64,000 nt of DNA from Octopus sinensis. Its lineage: Eukaryota. Of the stretch, positions 63,879 to 64,000 are shown one piece after another. Position numbers and translations under genes: made by a program. The stretch lies in NCBI RefSeq assembly GCF_006345805.1, contig NC_043001.1:28582001-28646000 (forward strand). The letters run 5' to 3'. The notes below the pieces were generated by a model, which saw nothing but the letters and a program-made list of their open reading frames with translations, had not been told where the DNA came from and did not search any database. The stretch's first letter is position 1; every line of letters begins with the position of its first letter.

Positions 63879-64000
63879 TTCATTACATTCAATTGCGTAT
63901 CATCTTCAAAATAGATATCAATAGGCCTACCACTGCTCTAAAATTAACACTTGTCACTCTACTCAAGTGTACCCAAAGCCTGACATTCAGGATATAAGAC

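Overview
AT-rich, repeat-saturated eukaryotic DNA with abundant (TA)n, (CA)n, (GAT)n and (AAT)n microsatellites. The repeat families suggest a coleoid cephalopod, most likely Octopus; this is an inference from family resemblance. I found no confident host protein-coding exon, so the window is probably intronic or intergenic, and most ORF-track hits are microsatellite or SINE artefacts. The content is: one young 5'-truncated RTE-clade LINE (19064-21999) with a C4HC3 PHD-like finger inside its RT C-terminal region, about 20 dispersed 3' fragments of the same (GAT)n-tailed RTE family, CR1-group and other LINE relics, at least three tRNA-derived SINE families, two TTAA-flanked piggyBac-type MITE families, a deleted mariner, a Tc2/pogo-like MITE, and Penelope-like remnants. 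The most interesting signals are RNA-structural: (1) a near-canonical type I hammerhead ribozyme at 41176-41247; (2) a small tRNA-headed, hammerhead-bearing retroposon that inserts as inverted structures (33014-33425, 45221-45549); (3) tandemly amplified hairpin plus H-type pseudoknot modules in RTE 3' UTRs; (4) a non-repetitive duplex spanning a candidate 5' splice site at 29746-29864, resembling an ADAR editing-complementary structure. Coordinates were read by eye and may be off by a few bases.
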